From Sulfolobus acidocaldarius DSM 639 (GTDB taxonomy: Archaea; Thermoproteota; Thermoprotei_A; Sulfolobales; Sulfolobaceae), in contig NC_007181.1 of assembly GCF_000012285.1 (NCBI RefSeq), forward strand, positions 240,001 through 272,000: a DNA stretch of 32,000 bases, given 5' to 3'. This document shows positions 18,506 through 29,617 of this stretch, in pieces (the first letter of the stretch is position 1; every line of letters starts with the position of its first letter). The position numbers were made by a program, and so were the translations under genes. Under the pieces are notes generated by a model. The model saw nothing but the letters and a program-made list of their open reading frames with translations, was not told where the DNA came from and did no database searches.

Positions 18506-19060
18506 TCAACTCTGAAGTAACACAGCTAACGCTAAGATCAACAGTGTTACAGAATAAATATAGTCAAAGTTGAACTTAGTTAAAAGTACTAGTACATTGT
18601 TTTTCTTTAGCACGATAAAGTAAGTGACTTCTCTCACTATAAATACTCCCACAGGAAGGAATACGAATAATGTATTCACTATTATCGCCAAAATTATCAA
18701 AAGGATAACATTCATCTGCAGGATGGAGTTCAGAAATGTGGATTTAACCAAGTTATAAACTGATACTCTCATACTTCCTGTGTAATGGAGCAACTTTCCT
18801 AAAAACATCTTCATCAAAATGTGAATTATGACGAGAAATATCACTATGACTTTGGTTGAATTGGAACTTTGAAGACTAGAAAATGTGAAAAACACTACAA
18901 GTATACCTAAGGAATAGTAGGAAAGAGTAGAGAGAAGAGGAACTACGAAGGACTCCTTGACTTTCTTGAAACTGTAAAAGTAATATGAAAAAAGCAATCC
19001 CTTGTAAGGATCTAGACCTTCAATTAGACTAAGGATAACAATAAGAATCTGAGGAAGCAT
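18506..19060 (-). CDS. hypothetical integral membrane protein, overlapping the 3' end of the SBP56 gene
   Basis: 184 aa, about 5 TM helices; start overlaps the upstream gene by 32 nt. Confidence 0.6.
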   Translation of the reverse strand: MLPQILIVILSLIEGLDPYKGLLFSYYFYSFKKVKESFVVPLLSTLSYYSLGILVVFFTFSSLQSSNSTKVIVIFLVIIHILMKMFLGKLLHYTGSMRVSVYNLVKSTFLNSILQMNVILLIILAIIVNTLFVFLPVGVFIVREVTYFIVLKKNNVLVLLTKFNFDYIYSVTLLILALAVLLQS

Positions 19061-20444
19061 CTCCTCCTCTTAACCTCGTCTGATGTGCTCTAGCCTCTCC
19101 AAAATCCACGAAAAATTCCTTATCTATATCAAGTCCTCCCTCGGGGTTCGCATTTAGTTTGACTAGCCATCCTTTGACTCCCTCAGGGTAAAATTGATTG
19201 TCCCAAGAACTGTAAAGCGAGTTAGTAACGTAAATCCTTCTACCATCTCTACTTATTTCCACCATCTGAGGGGCTCCTGTAAGTTTATTACCTGAGGGGT
19301 GATCAGCTCTGTACAGGATTCCCCCTAACTTCACTTTACCTGTGAGAACGGGCTTAAATGGGTTACTTACGTCGTACTGCCTCAGTTCCCCTGTGCCCCA
19401 TAGACTAACATATAGAAACTTATCATCTAGACTAAGGTCAATATCGGTTACTAGAGGAGGGACTGCCTTAAAAGGTTTAAGTATATCAGGTAAATTACCC
19501 TCTGCAGGCTCTGCTGGTATATCGATGACCTTTTGAGCCTGCCATTTTCCGTCTTCGAAAAACCAGAGCCATATGGAACTGCTGAGATCTTTAAGGCTAA
19601 CTACTAGATTGATAAATCCCATCAATTTAGTAGGGTCATGTAAGGGTCGGAGTTCTAAAGCCATCCTGTTTTCCTCTCCCAGAGTTATGCTCGAAATCTT
19701 CTTTCTCTTCCTTAAATCCCAAAAATGAATTCTGTTGCCGTATTTCTCCTTCAAATGTTCAGGATTTAGACCATTTTCGATCGTCGTTGGGGTAGCCCAT
19801 TCACTAGTCACCATAATCTCATTGGGAAGATTCCACCAGAAGTCATATGATAGCTTTTGATCCTCCCTGTAAATTTCCCATTTTCCTAAGGGTTCGAAAC
19901 TATAGTGGTCAAGCATTAATATTCCTCCAGGTTCTTCACCGACTTCGTTACCCAGTGCGCTGATATATATAGCATCAGGTCCACAATGAACCGTATGAAG
20001 CCTTGAGTAACCAGTGACTTTCTTTATCTCCTCTGGTTGTATAACTTTAACGATATTTGGTTTTCTAGGATCTAGTTTTGTGTCTATTATGTAAATTCTT
20101 GAAGAACGTAATCCTGGAACCACTAGAAACCTTCTCTCAACATTTGGTCTCCCATTTGGACAGAGTGAGGAGCTACACGCGTTCCAGCCGAAGTGGTGCA
20201 GTTCATCTCCAGTGTATGGAAGCTCAACCTTAGCTACTACTTTCGTATAGGTTTCAGATTTTGGGTTAACATCTACAACCGCTATATAATCTGGTCTATT
20301 GATCTTTGTTCCTACGTAGAGACATGCGACATAAGCCAGATCCTCAGGAGGTGAGTTGATAGCCATTTTAGGAGATGGGTAAAATGTGGGATCTCTCTTA
20401 AATGGTGCAAATACCTGAGGTAATCCCATAATTAAGTATATCAA
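19029..20444 (-). CDS. SBP56 / selenium-binding protein family (methanethiol oxidase-like)
   Basis: 471 aa; HHFGWNACSSSLC, LHTVHCGPDAIYISALG, NEIMVTSEW, DLSLDDKFLYVSLWGTGELRQYDVS, C-terminal GEARAHQTRLRGGDASSDSYCYP. Confidence 0.93.
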   Translation of the reverse strand: MIYLIMGLPQVFAPFKRDPTFYPSPKMAINSPPEDLAYVACLYVGTKINRPDYIAVVDVNPKSETYTKVVAKVELPYTGDELHHFGWNACSSSLCPNGRPNVERRFLVVPGLRSSRIYIIDTKLDPRKPNIVKVIQPEEIKKVTGYSRLHTVHCGPDAIYISALGNEVGEEPGGILMLDHYSFEPLGKWEIYREDQKLSYDFWWNLPNEIMVTSEWATPTTIENGLNPEHLKEKYGNRIHFWDLRKRKKISSITLGEENRMALELRPLHDPTKLMGFINLVVSLKDLSSSIWLWFFEDGKWQAQKVIDIPAEPAEGNLPDILKPFKAVPPLVTDIDLSLDDKFLYVSLWGTGELRQYDVSNPFKPVLTGKVKLGGILYRADHPSGNKLTGAPQMVEISRDGRRIYVTNSLYSSWDNQFYPEGVKGWLVKLNANPEGGLDIDKEFFVDFGEARAHQTRLRGGDASSDSYCYP

Positions 20445-20643
20445 TCTAAAAGTTATAAACTTACATTATTAATGCAATAAAAGTTCATGTTATTAGTTAG
20501 GATACCGATATTTTAAAAATTTTCAACTTATGATTTACATTATCCTTCCCTAAAACTCAATTGGATGCAAAAATATCACATAAAATAAAAGGGTAAAAAA
20601 GAGATAAGGAGAAAAATACTTTAAATTACATATCAGAAGATAT

Positions 20644-22641
<1,998 letters not shown>

Positions 22642-22774
22642 ACCATTATAAATATTTAATTGAGTAATATAAATTTTACTTATATTAGTGTATATATAAA
22701 TTCAATCTTTAAAAATATTTTTATTCTCTCGCGTTATTAAAATCGTACTATAAAAAGTGACTTAAATATATTTA

Positions 22775-23521
22775 TTAAATCTTAAATATATAGTTAGGAT
22801 TTGCATATCTGTCTCTTACTAACATAGATGCCAGTTCTAACTCATTCTTAGTTATCTCGTCTACATAACTGTCTACACTTAAAATTTCCTCAAAAGCCTT
22901 TGTAAACGATGAAATGATTAAATCTAGTTGTATATCCCTTCCAAGAAGATATGATAGATTGTTAACCCTGTACTTGATCATGTTTATCCCCTTATTTCTC
23001 AGACTCTTGGGCGGTATAATCAGAGTTTTGTGTAGTAAATCAAGGTCTGAGTTTATCAGCAGAGTTCCGTGAAGTAGATACTTGTTATTAGATATGTAAC
23101 CAGCATTTCCTGAAATCTTATAGTGCTTGTAAGCAATATCAGTTTGATTGTAAGTCTCTACCCTATCCCCTATTATACGCTCTAAAGCATTTATTGTACC
23201 CTTTAAAAGGAACCCGTAAAGGAAATCTATACCCTTAACTTTCACATCTTTATTTTCAAGAATTACTGTGTAGTTAAAATTCCCCATGTCATGATAAACT
23301 GTCCCTCCTCCCGTGATCCTACGAATTACGGGAATTCCCAACTGATTAGTTACCTCAATATTCACTTCATCCTTAACCCTCGATAGTACTCCCAAAACTA
23401 CACTGGTACTATTTCTCCACAGTCTCAGTACTATACTGTTATAGGCGAATAGAGCCTCATCTATGGCTACATTTAAATAAGGATCGTTAGGATACTCACT
23501 TATCAGAACGCGTAATTTCAT
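22775..23521 (-). CDS. lipoate-protein ligase A family protein (ligase-like)
   Basis: 248 aa; RRITGGGTVYHDMGNFNYTVI, TDIAYKHYKISGNAGYISNNKYLLHGTLL. Confidence 0.87.
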   Translation of the reverse strand: MKLRVLISEYPNDPYLNVAIDEALFAYNSIVLRLWRNSTSVVLGVLSRVKDEVNIEVTNQLGIPVIRRITGGGTVYHDMGNFNYTVILENKDVKVKGIDFLYGFLLKGTINALERIIGDRVETYNQTDIAYKHYKISGNAGYISNNKYLLHGTLLINSDLDLLHKTLIIPPKSLRNKGINMIKYRVNNLSYLLGRDIQLDLIISSFTKAFEEILSVDSYVDEITKNELELASMLVRDRYANPNYIFKI

Positions 23522-23556
23522 TTAAGTTTTAATTTTAACTATGCTTTATATATCAT

Positions 23557-23805
23557 GTGCAGTACGAGATTAAGGTACCAGAGGATATTTGGCCAAGGAG
23601 GAGGGATTGGGACGGAGAAGTAGTGTCGGTTTATGTAAGAGAGGGGAGTTATGTAGATTTCGACGACCTAGTTGCTGAAGTGGAGATTGAAAAAGTGGTA
23701 CTGAAAATTTTATCCCAAGTTAAGGGAAGGGTTCTGAAGGTGTTAGTCAACCAGGGAGATAAAGTAGGACCGGGGTCCATATTAGCGTTAGTAGAAGTGA
23801 GCTGA
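23557..23805 (+). CDS. stand-alone lipoyl (biotinyl_lipoyl) domain protein
   Basis: 82 aa; W.G.V...V.EG..V.....[13 protein letters not shown]...KG.V..V.V..GD.V..G..LA.VE; predicted lipoyl-Lys in EIEKVVL. GTG start. Confidence 0.85.
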   Translation: MQYEIKVPEDIWPRRRDWDGEVVSVYVREGSYVDFDDLVAEVEIEKVVLKILSQVKGRVLKVLVNQGDKVGPGSILALVEVS

Positions 23806-23806
23806 G

Positions 23807-24667
23807 ATGAAAAGCGAAGTGGTAGTAAGGATTAATGAGAACTTCAAGAAACTTAGCAGGATAGTGTCTGAGAAAGGGATATCCACTGTATGCGAGGAAG
23901 CTCTATGTCCAAATATCATGGAGTGTTGGGGATCAGGAACTGCTACGTTCATGATAATGGGAGATATCTGCACAAGAGGTTGTAGGTTTTGTTATGTAAA
24001 AAAGGGTAAACCAGTCCTACTAGACCATGAGGAGCCAATAAAAGTAGCAGAGGCAGTAAGGGAAATGGGTTTAGACTATGTTGTCATAACCAGTGTTGAC
24101 AGGGATGATTTAGCAGATGGGGGAGCTTCTCATTTTTCTCAAGTTGTTAAAGCCGTGAAAGAGATGAATCCTGACGTCATAGTTGAGGTCCTTACACCAG
24201 ATTTTATGGGGAATAAAGAACTAGTGGAGAAAGTAATAGGGTCTGGCGTAGACGTATTTGCACACAACGTGGAAACGGTAAGAAGCCTGACTCCATTAGT
24301 GAGAGACGCAAGAGCATCATACGAACAAAGTTTAAGAGTACTTAGTTATGCTAAGAACGTTGTCAAAAAATCCTCTATTCTTTTAGGTCTTGGGGAGAGC
24401 TTAGAGGAAGTAGTTGAAACCATGAAGGATTTGAGAAATGTCGGTGTAGATATTTTAGTCCTTTCCCAGTACATGAGACCTAGCATTAAACAACTGGAAG
24501 TTAAGAAACGTTATAACATGGAAGAGTACAAGGAACTTGAAAAAATAGCTTATTCTTTAGGTTTTTCATATGTCGTTGCACTACCTCACGCTAGAACTTC
24601 CTACAGGGCAAAAGAGGCATATTTGAGGGCGATGGCAAATGTTAAGAATAATAATAGATGGTCCTAG
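23807..24667 (+). CDS. lipA: lipoyl synthase (radical SAM)
   Basis: 286 aa; auxiliary-cluster motif [12 protein letters not shown], radical [35 protein letters not shown]-terminal RTSY. Confidence 0.95.
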   Translation: MKSEVVVRINENFKKLSRIVSEKGISTVCEEALCPNIMECWGSGTATFMIMGDICTRGCRFCYVKKGKPVLLDHEEPIKVAEAVREMGLDYVVITSVDRDDLADGGASHFSQVVKAVKEMNPDVIVEVLTPDFMGNKELVEKVIGSGVDVFAHNVETVRSLTPLVRDARASYEQSLRVLSYAKNVVKKSSILLGLGESLEEVVETMKDLRNVGVDILVLSQYMRPSIKQLEVKKRYNMEEYKELEKIAYSLGFSYVVALPHARTSYRAKEAYLRAMANVKNNNRWS

Positions 24668-25436
24668 GGATCCGCATTATAATATGGCAATTGACGAAGC
24701 CATAATGGGTCTCAGACCATATGTAAAATATGATACACTGAGAATTTACATGTGGTCTCCTTCAGGTGTTAGTATAGGGAGATCACAAGACGCTCTAAGA
24801 GCAGTAAAGATAGAAGAAATAAAGAGGTTAGGGTTTAAGCTAGTGAGAAGACCTACAGGAGGCGGAGCACTTTTACATCCTGAAAATGACGAGATAACCT
24901 ATAGTGTTGTATTATCACTGGATAACCAATTAGCTAAAATCCCTGTGGATGAATCTGCATCGTCCATAGCCAAAGGTATAATTGATGCTCTACAAATAAT
25001 AGGTTCTAGTGCTAAGGTAAAGGATTTTGGAGATAAGGAGAAACACGATCTCTGCTACTTGAGAAGAGGATCCAGCGACGTAATCTTAGGAGGGAAGAAG
25101 ATCTCTGGATCAGCTCAGGTTAGGAACGATAAGGCACTTCTACAACACGGTACACTTCTGCTCAGATTTGAACCTGAGGTTTGGCTAAGGGTTATTAATG
25201 CGCCAGGATATGACCACGAAATGCTCAGAAGTAGGATAGCAGGCTTATATGAGTTCATGGACGTAAAAATAGAGAAAATAATTGACAGCTTAGTTAAAGG
25301 TTTTTCGAAAGAGTTAGGGGATGAAACTTTTATAGGAAGCCTAACTCCTGAAGAAGTTCAACTATCACTAGAGCTATATCAGAAAAAATATTCTAACGAT
25401 TTATGGAATCTTAAGGGCTCCCTAGAACAATTTTGA
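24639..25436 (+). CDS. LplA/LipM-fold protein, octanoyltransferase-like with candidate catalytic Cys
   Basis: 265 aa; [23 protein letters not shown] and [25 protein letters not shown]...LLQHGTLLL; overlaps lipA by 29 nt. Confidence 0.88.
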   Translation: MLRIIIDGPRDPHYNMAIDEAIMGLRPYVKYDTLRIYMWSPSGVSIGRSQDALRAVKIEEIKRLGFKLVRRPTGGGALLHPENDEITYSVVLSLDNQLAKIPVDESASSIAKGIIDALQIIGSSAKVKDFGDKEKHDLCYLRRGSSDVILGGKKISGSAQVRNDKALLQHGTLLLRFEPEVWLRVINAPGYDHEMLRSRIAGLYEFMDVKIEKIIDSLVKGFSKELGDETFIGSLTPEEVQLSLELYQKKYSNDLWNLKGSLEQF

Positions 25437-25589
25437 ACCTCCTAGTTCTCTAAGATCCCTCAAGGAGTAATGAGAGTCCTTTGTCACCTCAAGGTAAGTG
25501 AAAATAATACTACTTTAAACATGTTAGATATTTTCTCTTATGATGTTTACAAAAAATTATTTTTTAACTTAAAAGACACATAGATACAC

Positions 25590-25811
25590 GTGAGAGAAGA
25601 CTTTGATCAATTGCTATTTGGACTAGCTGGTGTTATCTTTTTAGAAGGGCTAGGTATAGCTCTGGATGTAGTAGGACAGTATGCCATAGGAAGTGTTCTT
25701 ATTGTTATTGCAACAGTCTGGATCTTATCTATTTACTTCTTCATGAAGTACATCGAGAAAAAAGACTCAGAAAATGAGGAAAACGAAGATAACTCCTATA
25801 ATAATTTCTGA
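25590..25811 (+). CDS. small membrane protein
   Basis: 73 aa, two predicted TM helices with a highly acidic C-terminus (KKDSENEENEDN). Confidence 0.5.
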   Translation: MREDFDQLLFGLAGVIFLEGLGIALDVVGQYAIGSVLIVIATVWILSIYFFMKYIEKKDSENEENEDNSYNNF

Positions 25812-25897
25812 TTGATCTCTCTCAGTCGATGATAAATTCCGTCTGTAAGCTGTATCTTTAATGTCTCCTTTAAATTATAAAGTTTTTAACACTATCA

Positions 25898-26725
25898 GTG
25901 GTTATTATGAATATGATTAGAAGATCTCAGTTATATGTGCCTTCAATATCTGAAAAGATGATAAGAAAATCCATTGAGCTCAAGGCTGACTCTATAGTAT
26001 TTGATCTTGAGGACGCAGTGCCACCAGAGGATAAAGAAAAGGCTAGAGAGTTACTGGTAAAGCTGATCAATGAACTGGAATGGGGAAAGAGGGAGTTATG
26101 TGTTAGGATGAATTCGCTTCAACTAGTGGACGCATATAGGGACATTGTCACCATTTCTAGGATAGACAAGATCTCTTGCATAGTTGTTCCTAAAGCAGAG
26201 GGTGACTTATCATTCCTGCACAAAGCTACAGGAAAAGATTTAATTCCCTTGATAGAGACAGGAAAGGGTTTGATAAGAGTAGAGGATATAGTTAGATCTG
26301 AGGGAGTTGTAGGCGTAAGCTACGGTATAGCAGATTTATCCCTCTCAGTAGGGGGAGATTATAACTTTTACGAGAAAAATGAGTTTGTTAAAACTTATGT
26401 TGTGACCACTGCTAAGGCTTACGATGTCGACCCCATAGATAAGGTGTATTTCGATCTAAAGAACGTAGACGGTTTCAGGAGAGAATGCGAGGAGGCAAAA
26501 AAACTGGGTTTTGTGGGCAAACAGGTAATTCACCCCACACAAGTTGAAATAGCTAACCAGGTGTTCTCCCCAACTGCAGAAGAGATAGAATGGGCTAGGA
26601 GGGTTATTGAGGCTTATGATAATGCAAAGAGAGAGGGAAGGGGGGCAATAAGGCTTGATGATAAACTGGTAGACTATGTGCATTATAAGATAGCAAAGAG
26701 GATACTTGAGTTTCAGAATCTATAA
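25898..26725 (+). CDS. HpcH/HpaI aldolase / citrate lyase beta subunit (CitE)-like
   Basis: 275 aa; SQLYVPSISEKMIRKSIELKADSIVFDLEDAVPPEDKEKAR, GKQVIHPTQVEIANQVFSPTAEEIEWARRVI. Confidence 0.93.
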   Translation: MVIMNMIRRSQLYVPSISEKMIRKSIELKADSIVFDLEDAVPPEDKEKARELLVKLINELEWGKRELCVRMNSLQLVDAYRDIVTISRIDKISCIVVPKAEGDLSFLHKATGKDLIPLIETGKGLIRVEDIVRSEGVVGVSYGIADLSLSVGGDYNFYEKNEFVKTYVVTTAKAYDVDPIDKVYFDLKNVDGFRRECEEAKKLGFVGKQVIHPTQVEIANQVFSPTAEEIEWARRVIEAYDNAKREGRGAIRLDDKLVDYVHYKIAKRILEFQNL

Positions 26726-27117
26726 ATAGACCATGTCCCTAGACCCACAGCACAGAGCTCTTTATCTCCGTCGTAAGCGTAAATTTGGACAGTGACCAAT
26801 TTGTTTCCCTTATTTACTACTTTAGCCTCAACTGTAAATGGACCTTTGTTCATCGGTTTGAGGAAATTGACTTTGAGCTCTGCAGTGACTTCATCTTTAA
26901 CTTCACTCAACGAAAGCACTGCCATACTTCCTGCATAGTCCATAGCTGAAAACATTATACCACCGTGTAACATTCCTCCTAGTCTAGTAAGTCTCTTGTC
27001 AAAATCGAATTTGAGGAGGGAGTAACCATTCTCAACTTTTTCGAATCTTATTCCTATAAAATTAAATACGTCTTCTTGTTTTAACCTCTCATTTAGTTCC
27101 TCTGGTGATATAAGCAT
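26713..27117 (-). CDS. PaaI-type hotdog-fold thioesterase
   Basis: 134 aa; GGMLHGGIMFSAMDYAGSMAVLS...ELKVNFLKPMNKGPFTVEAKVVNKGNKLVTVQ. Confidence 0.9.
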   Translation of the reverse strand: MLISPEELNERLKQEDVFNFIGIRFEKVENGYSLLKFDFDKRLTRLGGMLHGGIMFSAMDYAGSMAVLSLSEVKDEVTAELKVNFLKPMNKGPFTVEAKVVNKGNKLVTVQIYAYDGDKELCAVGLGTWSIYRF

Positions 27118-27218
27118 ACGATATCTTTTCGTAGCTAAAGAATATAAATCTGAAACTGGATTGCACGAATATCATAGCTTATTAGGATTGGCGAGAAAAT
27201 TATATTTAATGACCTAAG

Positions 27219-27641
27219 ATGCCACCCTTAACAATATTAGCTGATGTGGTACTTAATGAGATACGTGATGAGATTAAAAGAAGATTAGGTAAACAAACGC
27301 CTGAAGAAGTTACAGTTAGATTTGTAGAATATTTACCGCCACAAATTTTAGGATATGTGAGGGACGGAGATTACACTATATATGTAAACCTTCAACAATA
27401 CACTAGAGCTAGGTCTTCTGGCTACGAATATGAGTATCTATATGTCATACTGTTGCATGAATATCTTCACCTCATTGGTATAGCTGATGAAAGAGAGGTT
27501 AGGAGAATAGACCTGGAAATAATAGAGGAGAGATTTGGTCAAAATAGTAGGGCATACAGAATAGCCTTGGAGTTAGCTGATCCCAGAGATGTGTATTTAA
27601 AGAACTCACAAAAATTCGGTAGACCCAATACGTATATCTGA
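27219..27641 (+). CDS. conserved archaeal-type small putative metalloprotease (HEXXH)
   Basis: 140 aa; VILLHEYLHLIGIADEREVRRIDLEIIEERFG. Confidence 0.7.
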   Translation: MPPLTILADVVLNEIRDEIKRRLGKQTPEEVTVRFVEYLPPQILGYVRDGDYTIYVNLQQYTRARSSGYEYEYLYVILLHEYLHLIGIADEREVRRIDLEIIEERFGQNSRAYRIALELADPRDVYLKNSQKFGRPNTYI

Positions 27642-27784
27642 AATCATATAGTCATACTACAATTTTATTATGATACTGTTTGTCATTTTAATCCGTGATA
27701 GATAATGTTTATTCTTGTTTATTTATCACTATACCATATTACTAAACTTTAAAAATATGGAGACTGTTTATATCTCGAAGAGAT

Positions 27785-29614
27785 TTGGCAGAGCTTAAAA
27801 TTGTCGTTAGTATAAAGCAAGTTCCAGACGCTGATGACCTCAGAATAGATCCAGTAACAAATAACCTAGTCAGAGAAGGTGTACCAGCCGTAATAAACCC
27901 ACCAGACTACCATGCAATAGAGGAGGCAATTAGACTGAAGGAAAGGTTTGGCGGAAAGACTATGGTCTTGACTATGGGACCAGGACAGGCAGAGGTAGCT
28001 CTTAGAGAAGCACTAGCCATGGGAATTGATGAAGCTTACCTAATAAGTGACAGAGCGATGGCTGGTGCTGATACATGGGCTACATCTTATACTGTGGCTA
28101 AAGCAGTTCAGAGACTAGGAGGGGCTGATATAATCCTTTTTGGTAGAAGAGCTGTAGATGGAGAAACGGAGCAAGTAGGTCCACAAACAGGTAAATGGTT
28201 AGGAATTCCAGTTGTAGCTTATGTTAGAGAGATAAGAAGTATAGAAAATGGTAAAGCAGTTGTAGTGAGGACAACAGAATTTGAGGAGGAAGTTATTGAG
28301 GTTCCATTACCAGCCGTATTCACAATTTTAGAGACAGCAAATAAGCCAAGACAACCTGATATACTCTCTCTAATAAAGGCTAAGACTGCTAAGGTAACAG
28401 TATGGAATAAAGACGATATTAAGGCTGAACCAACAAAAATTGGTCTTGCAGGTTCTCCCACTAAGGTCATAAAAGTAAGCCCACCACCAAAGACGAGAAA
28501 GCCTGAAATCATAGACGGTAAGAAAGATCCTGAGAAGGCAGCTGAGTGGTTCTTAAACAAGATATATGAGTCCCTCAAGGAGGCTGAAAGTTCTCTTAAA
28601 GAATACGTTAAGCCAAAGGCTAAGGTCAAGGTGAATTCTGAGATTTGGGTTTACATAGACCATATTGGTGATAGGATTAACAAGGCATCTCTAGAAATTT
28701 TGAGCGAAGCCAGGAGGATAGCAGACTTAATGGATACCTCAGTTGCAGGAGTAGTTATAGGTGGAGAGAGCGTAAAGGGTATAATTAACGAAGTTTATGA
28801 ATACGGAGCTGATAAGGTATATTTTGCCGAGACAAAGGGATATGACAGATATGATAATGAGGTTTACACTAAGGCTCTAGCAAAGTTAGCTAAGAAGTAT
28901 AAGCCAGAGGGAATATTCTTCCCTGGTACTAGAGCTGCTAGGGAATTGGCATCCACGTCAGCAATAGAGATTGATACTGGATTGATTGCTGATTGTACGA
29001 ATTTTGATGTTGATGATAAGGGAGTGTTATTGGCAACTAGACCTGACTTCGGAGGAAAGGAAATGTCCACTATAGTGTGTCCAAGACACAGACCAGTGAT
29101 GGTCACTACCAGAGCCGGTGTATTTATGCCATTACCCAGAATGCCTGGAAGGACAGGAGAATTAATAAAGGAGGAAATAGAAGATTTGTACAGTAGGTTA
29201 AAAGTTCTAGAATATAAAAACATAGAGAAAAGGAATATATTGACTGAGGCTGATATAGTTGTAGGTGTAGGTAGAGGTATAAAGAGTCCAGAGAACATAA
29301 AGAAGTTTGAAGAGTTTGCTACAGCGTTAGGTGGTGTTCTAGGTGTGTCTAAACCATTAGCCGACATGGGTTGGTATCCAAAGGATAGGCAAATAGGTCA
29401 AACAGGAACTACTATAAGACCGAAAGTTTATATTGCACTAGGCGTTTCAGGCGCTGTACAGCACTTAGTGGGTATTTTATCTTCAAGGAAGATCGGTGCT
29501 ATCAATCTTGACCAGTCTGCCCCAATATTTGACAACTGTGACTTCGGAGTAGTAGGAGATATATTTGAGATTGTTCCAAAAATGATGGAGTTAATTAAAA
29601 AGAAGGGGGAGTGA
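27785..29614 (+). CDS. fused electron transfer flavoprotein (beta-alpha fusion)
   Basis: 609 aa; N-terminal ETF-beta (VSIKQVPDADDLRIDP...ALAMGIDEAYLISD...ADIILFGRRAVDGETEQVGP) fused to ETF-alpha (GRGIKSPENIKKF...DMGWYPKDRQIGQTG...YIALGVSGAVQHLVGI). TTG start. Confidence 0.95.
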   Translation: MAELKIVVSIKQVPDADDLRIDPVTNNLVREGVPAVINPPDYHAIEEAIRLKERFGGKTMVLTMGPGQAEVALREALAMGIDEAYLISDRAMAGADTWATSYTVAKAVQRLGGADIILFGRRAVDGETEQVGPQTGKWLGIPVVAYVREIRSIENGKAVVVRTTEFEEEVIEVPLPAVFTILETANKPRQPDILSLIKAKTAKVTVWNKDDIKAEPTKIGLAGSPTKVIKVSPPPKTRKPEIIDGKKDPEKAAEWFLNKIYESLKEAESSLKEYVKPKAKVKVNSEIWVYIDHIGDRINKASLEILSEARRIADLMDTSVAGVVIGGESVKGIINEVYEYGADKVYFAETKGYDRYDNEVYTKALAKLAKKYKPEGIFFPGTRAARELASTSAIEIDTGLIADCTNFDVDDKGVLLATRPDFGGKEMSTIVCPRHRPVMVTTRAGVFMPLPRMPGRTGELIKEEIEDLYSRLKVLEYKNIEKRNILTEADIVVGVGRGIKSPENIKKFEEFATALGGVLGVSKPLADMGWYPKDRQIGQTGTTIRPKVYIALGVSGAVQHLVGILSSRKIGAINLDQSAPIFDNCDFGVVGDIFEIVPKMMELIKKKGE

Positions 29615-29617
29615 AAA

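Noticed and set aside
25828-25860. CGATGATA...CTGT in the gap before the CitE-like gene resembles a C/D sRNA start.
   Set aside because: D box is CTGT rather than CTGA and the internal boxes are missing.
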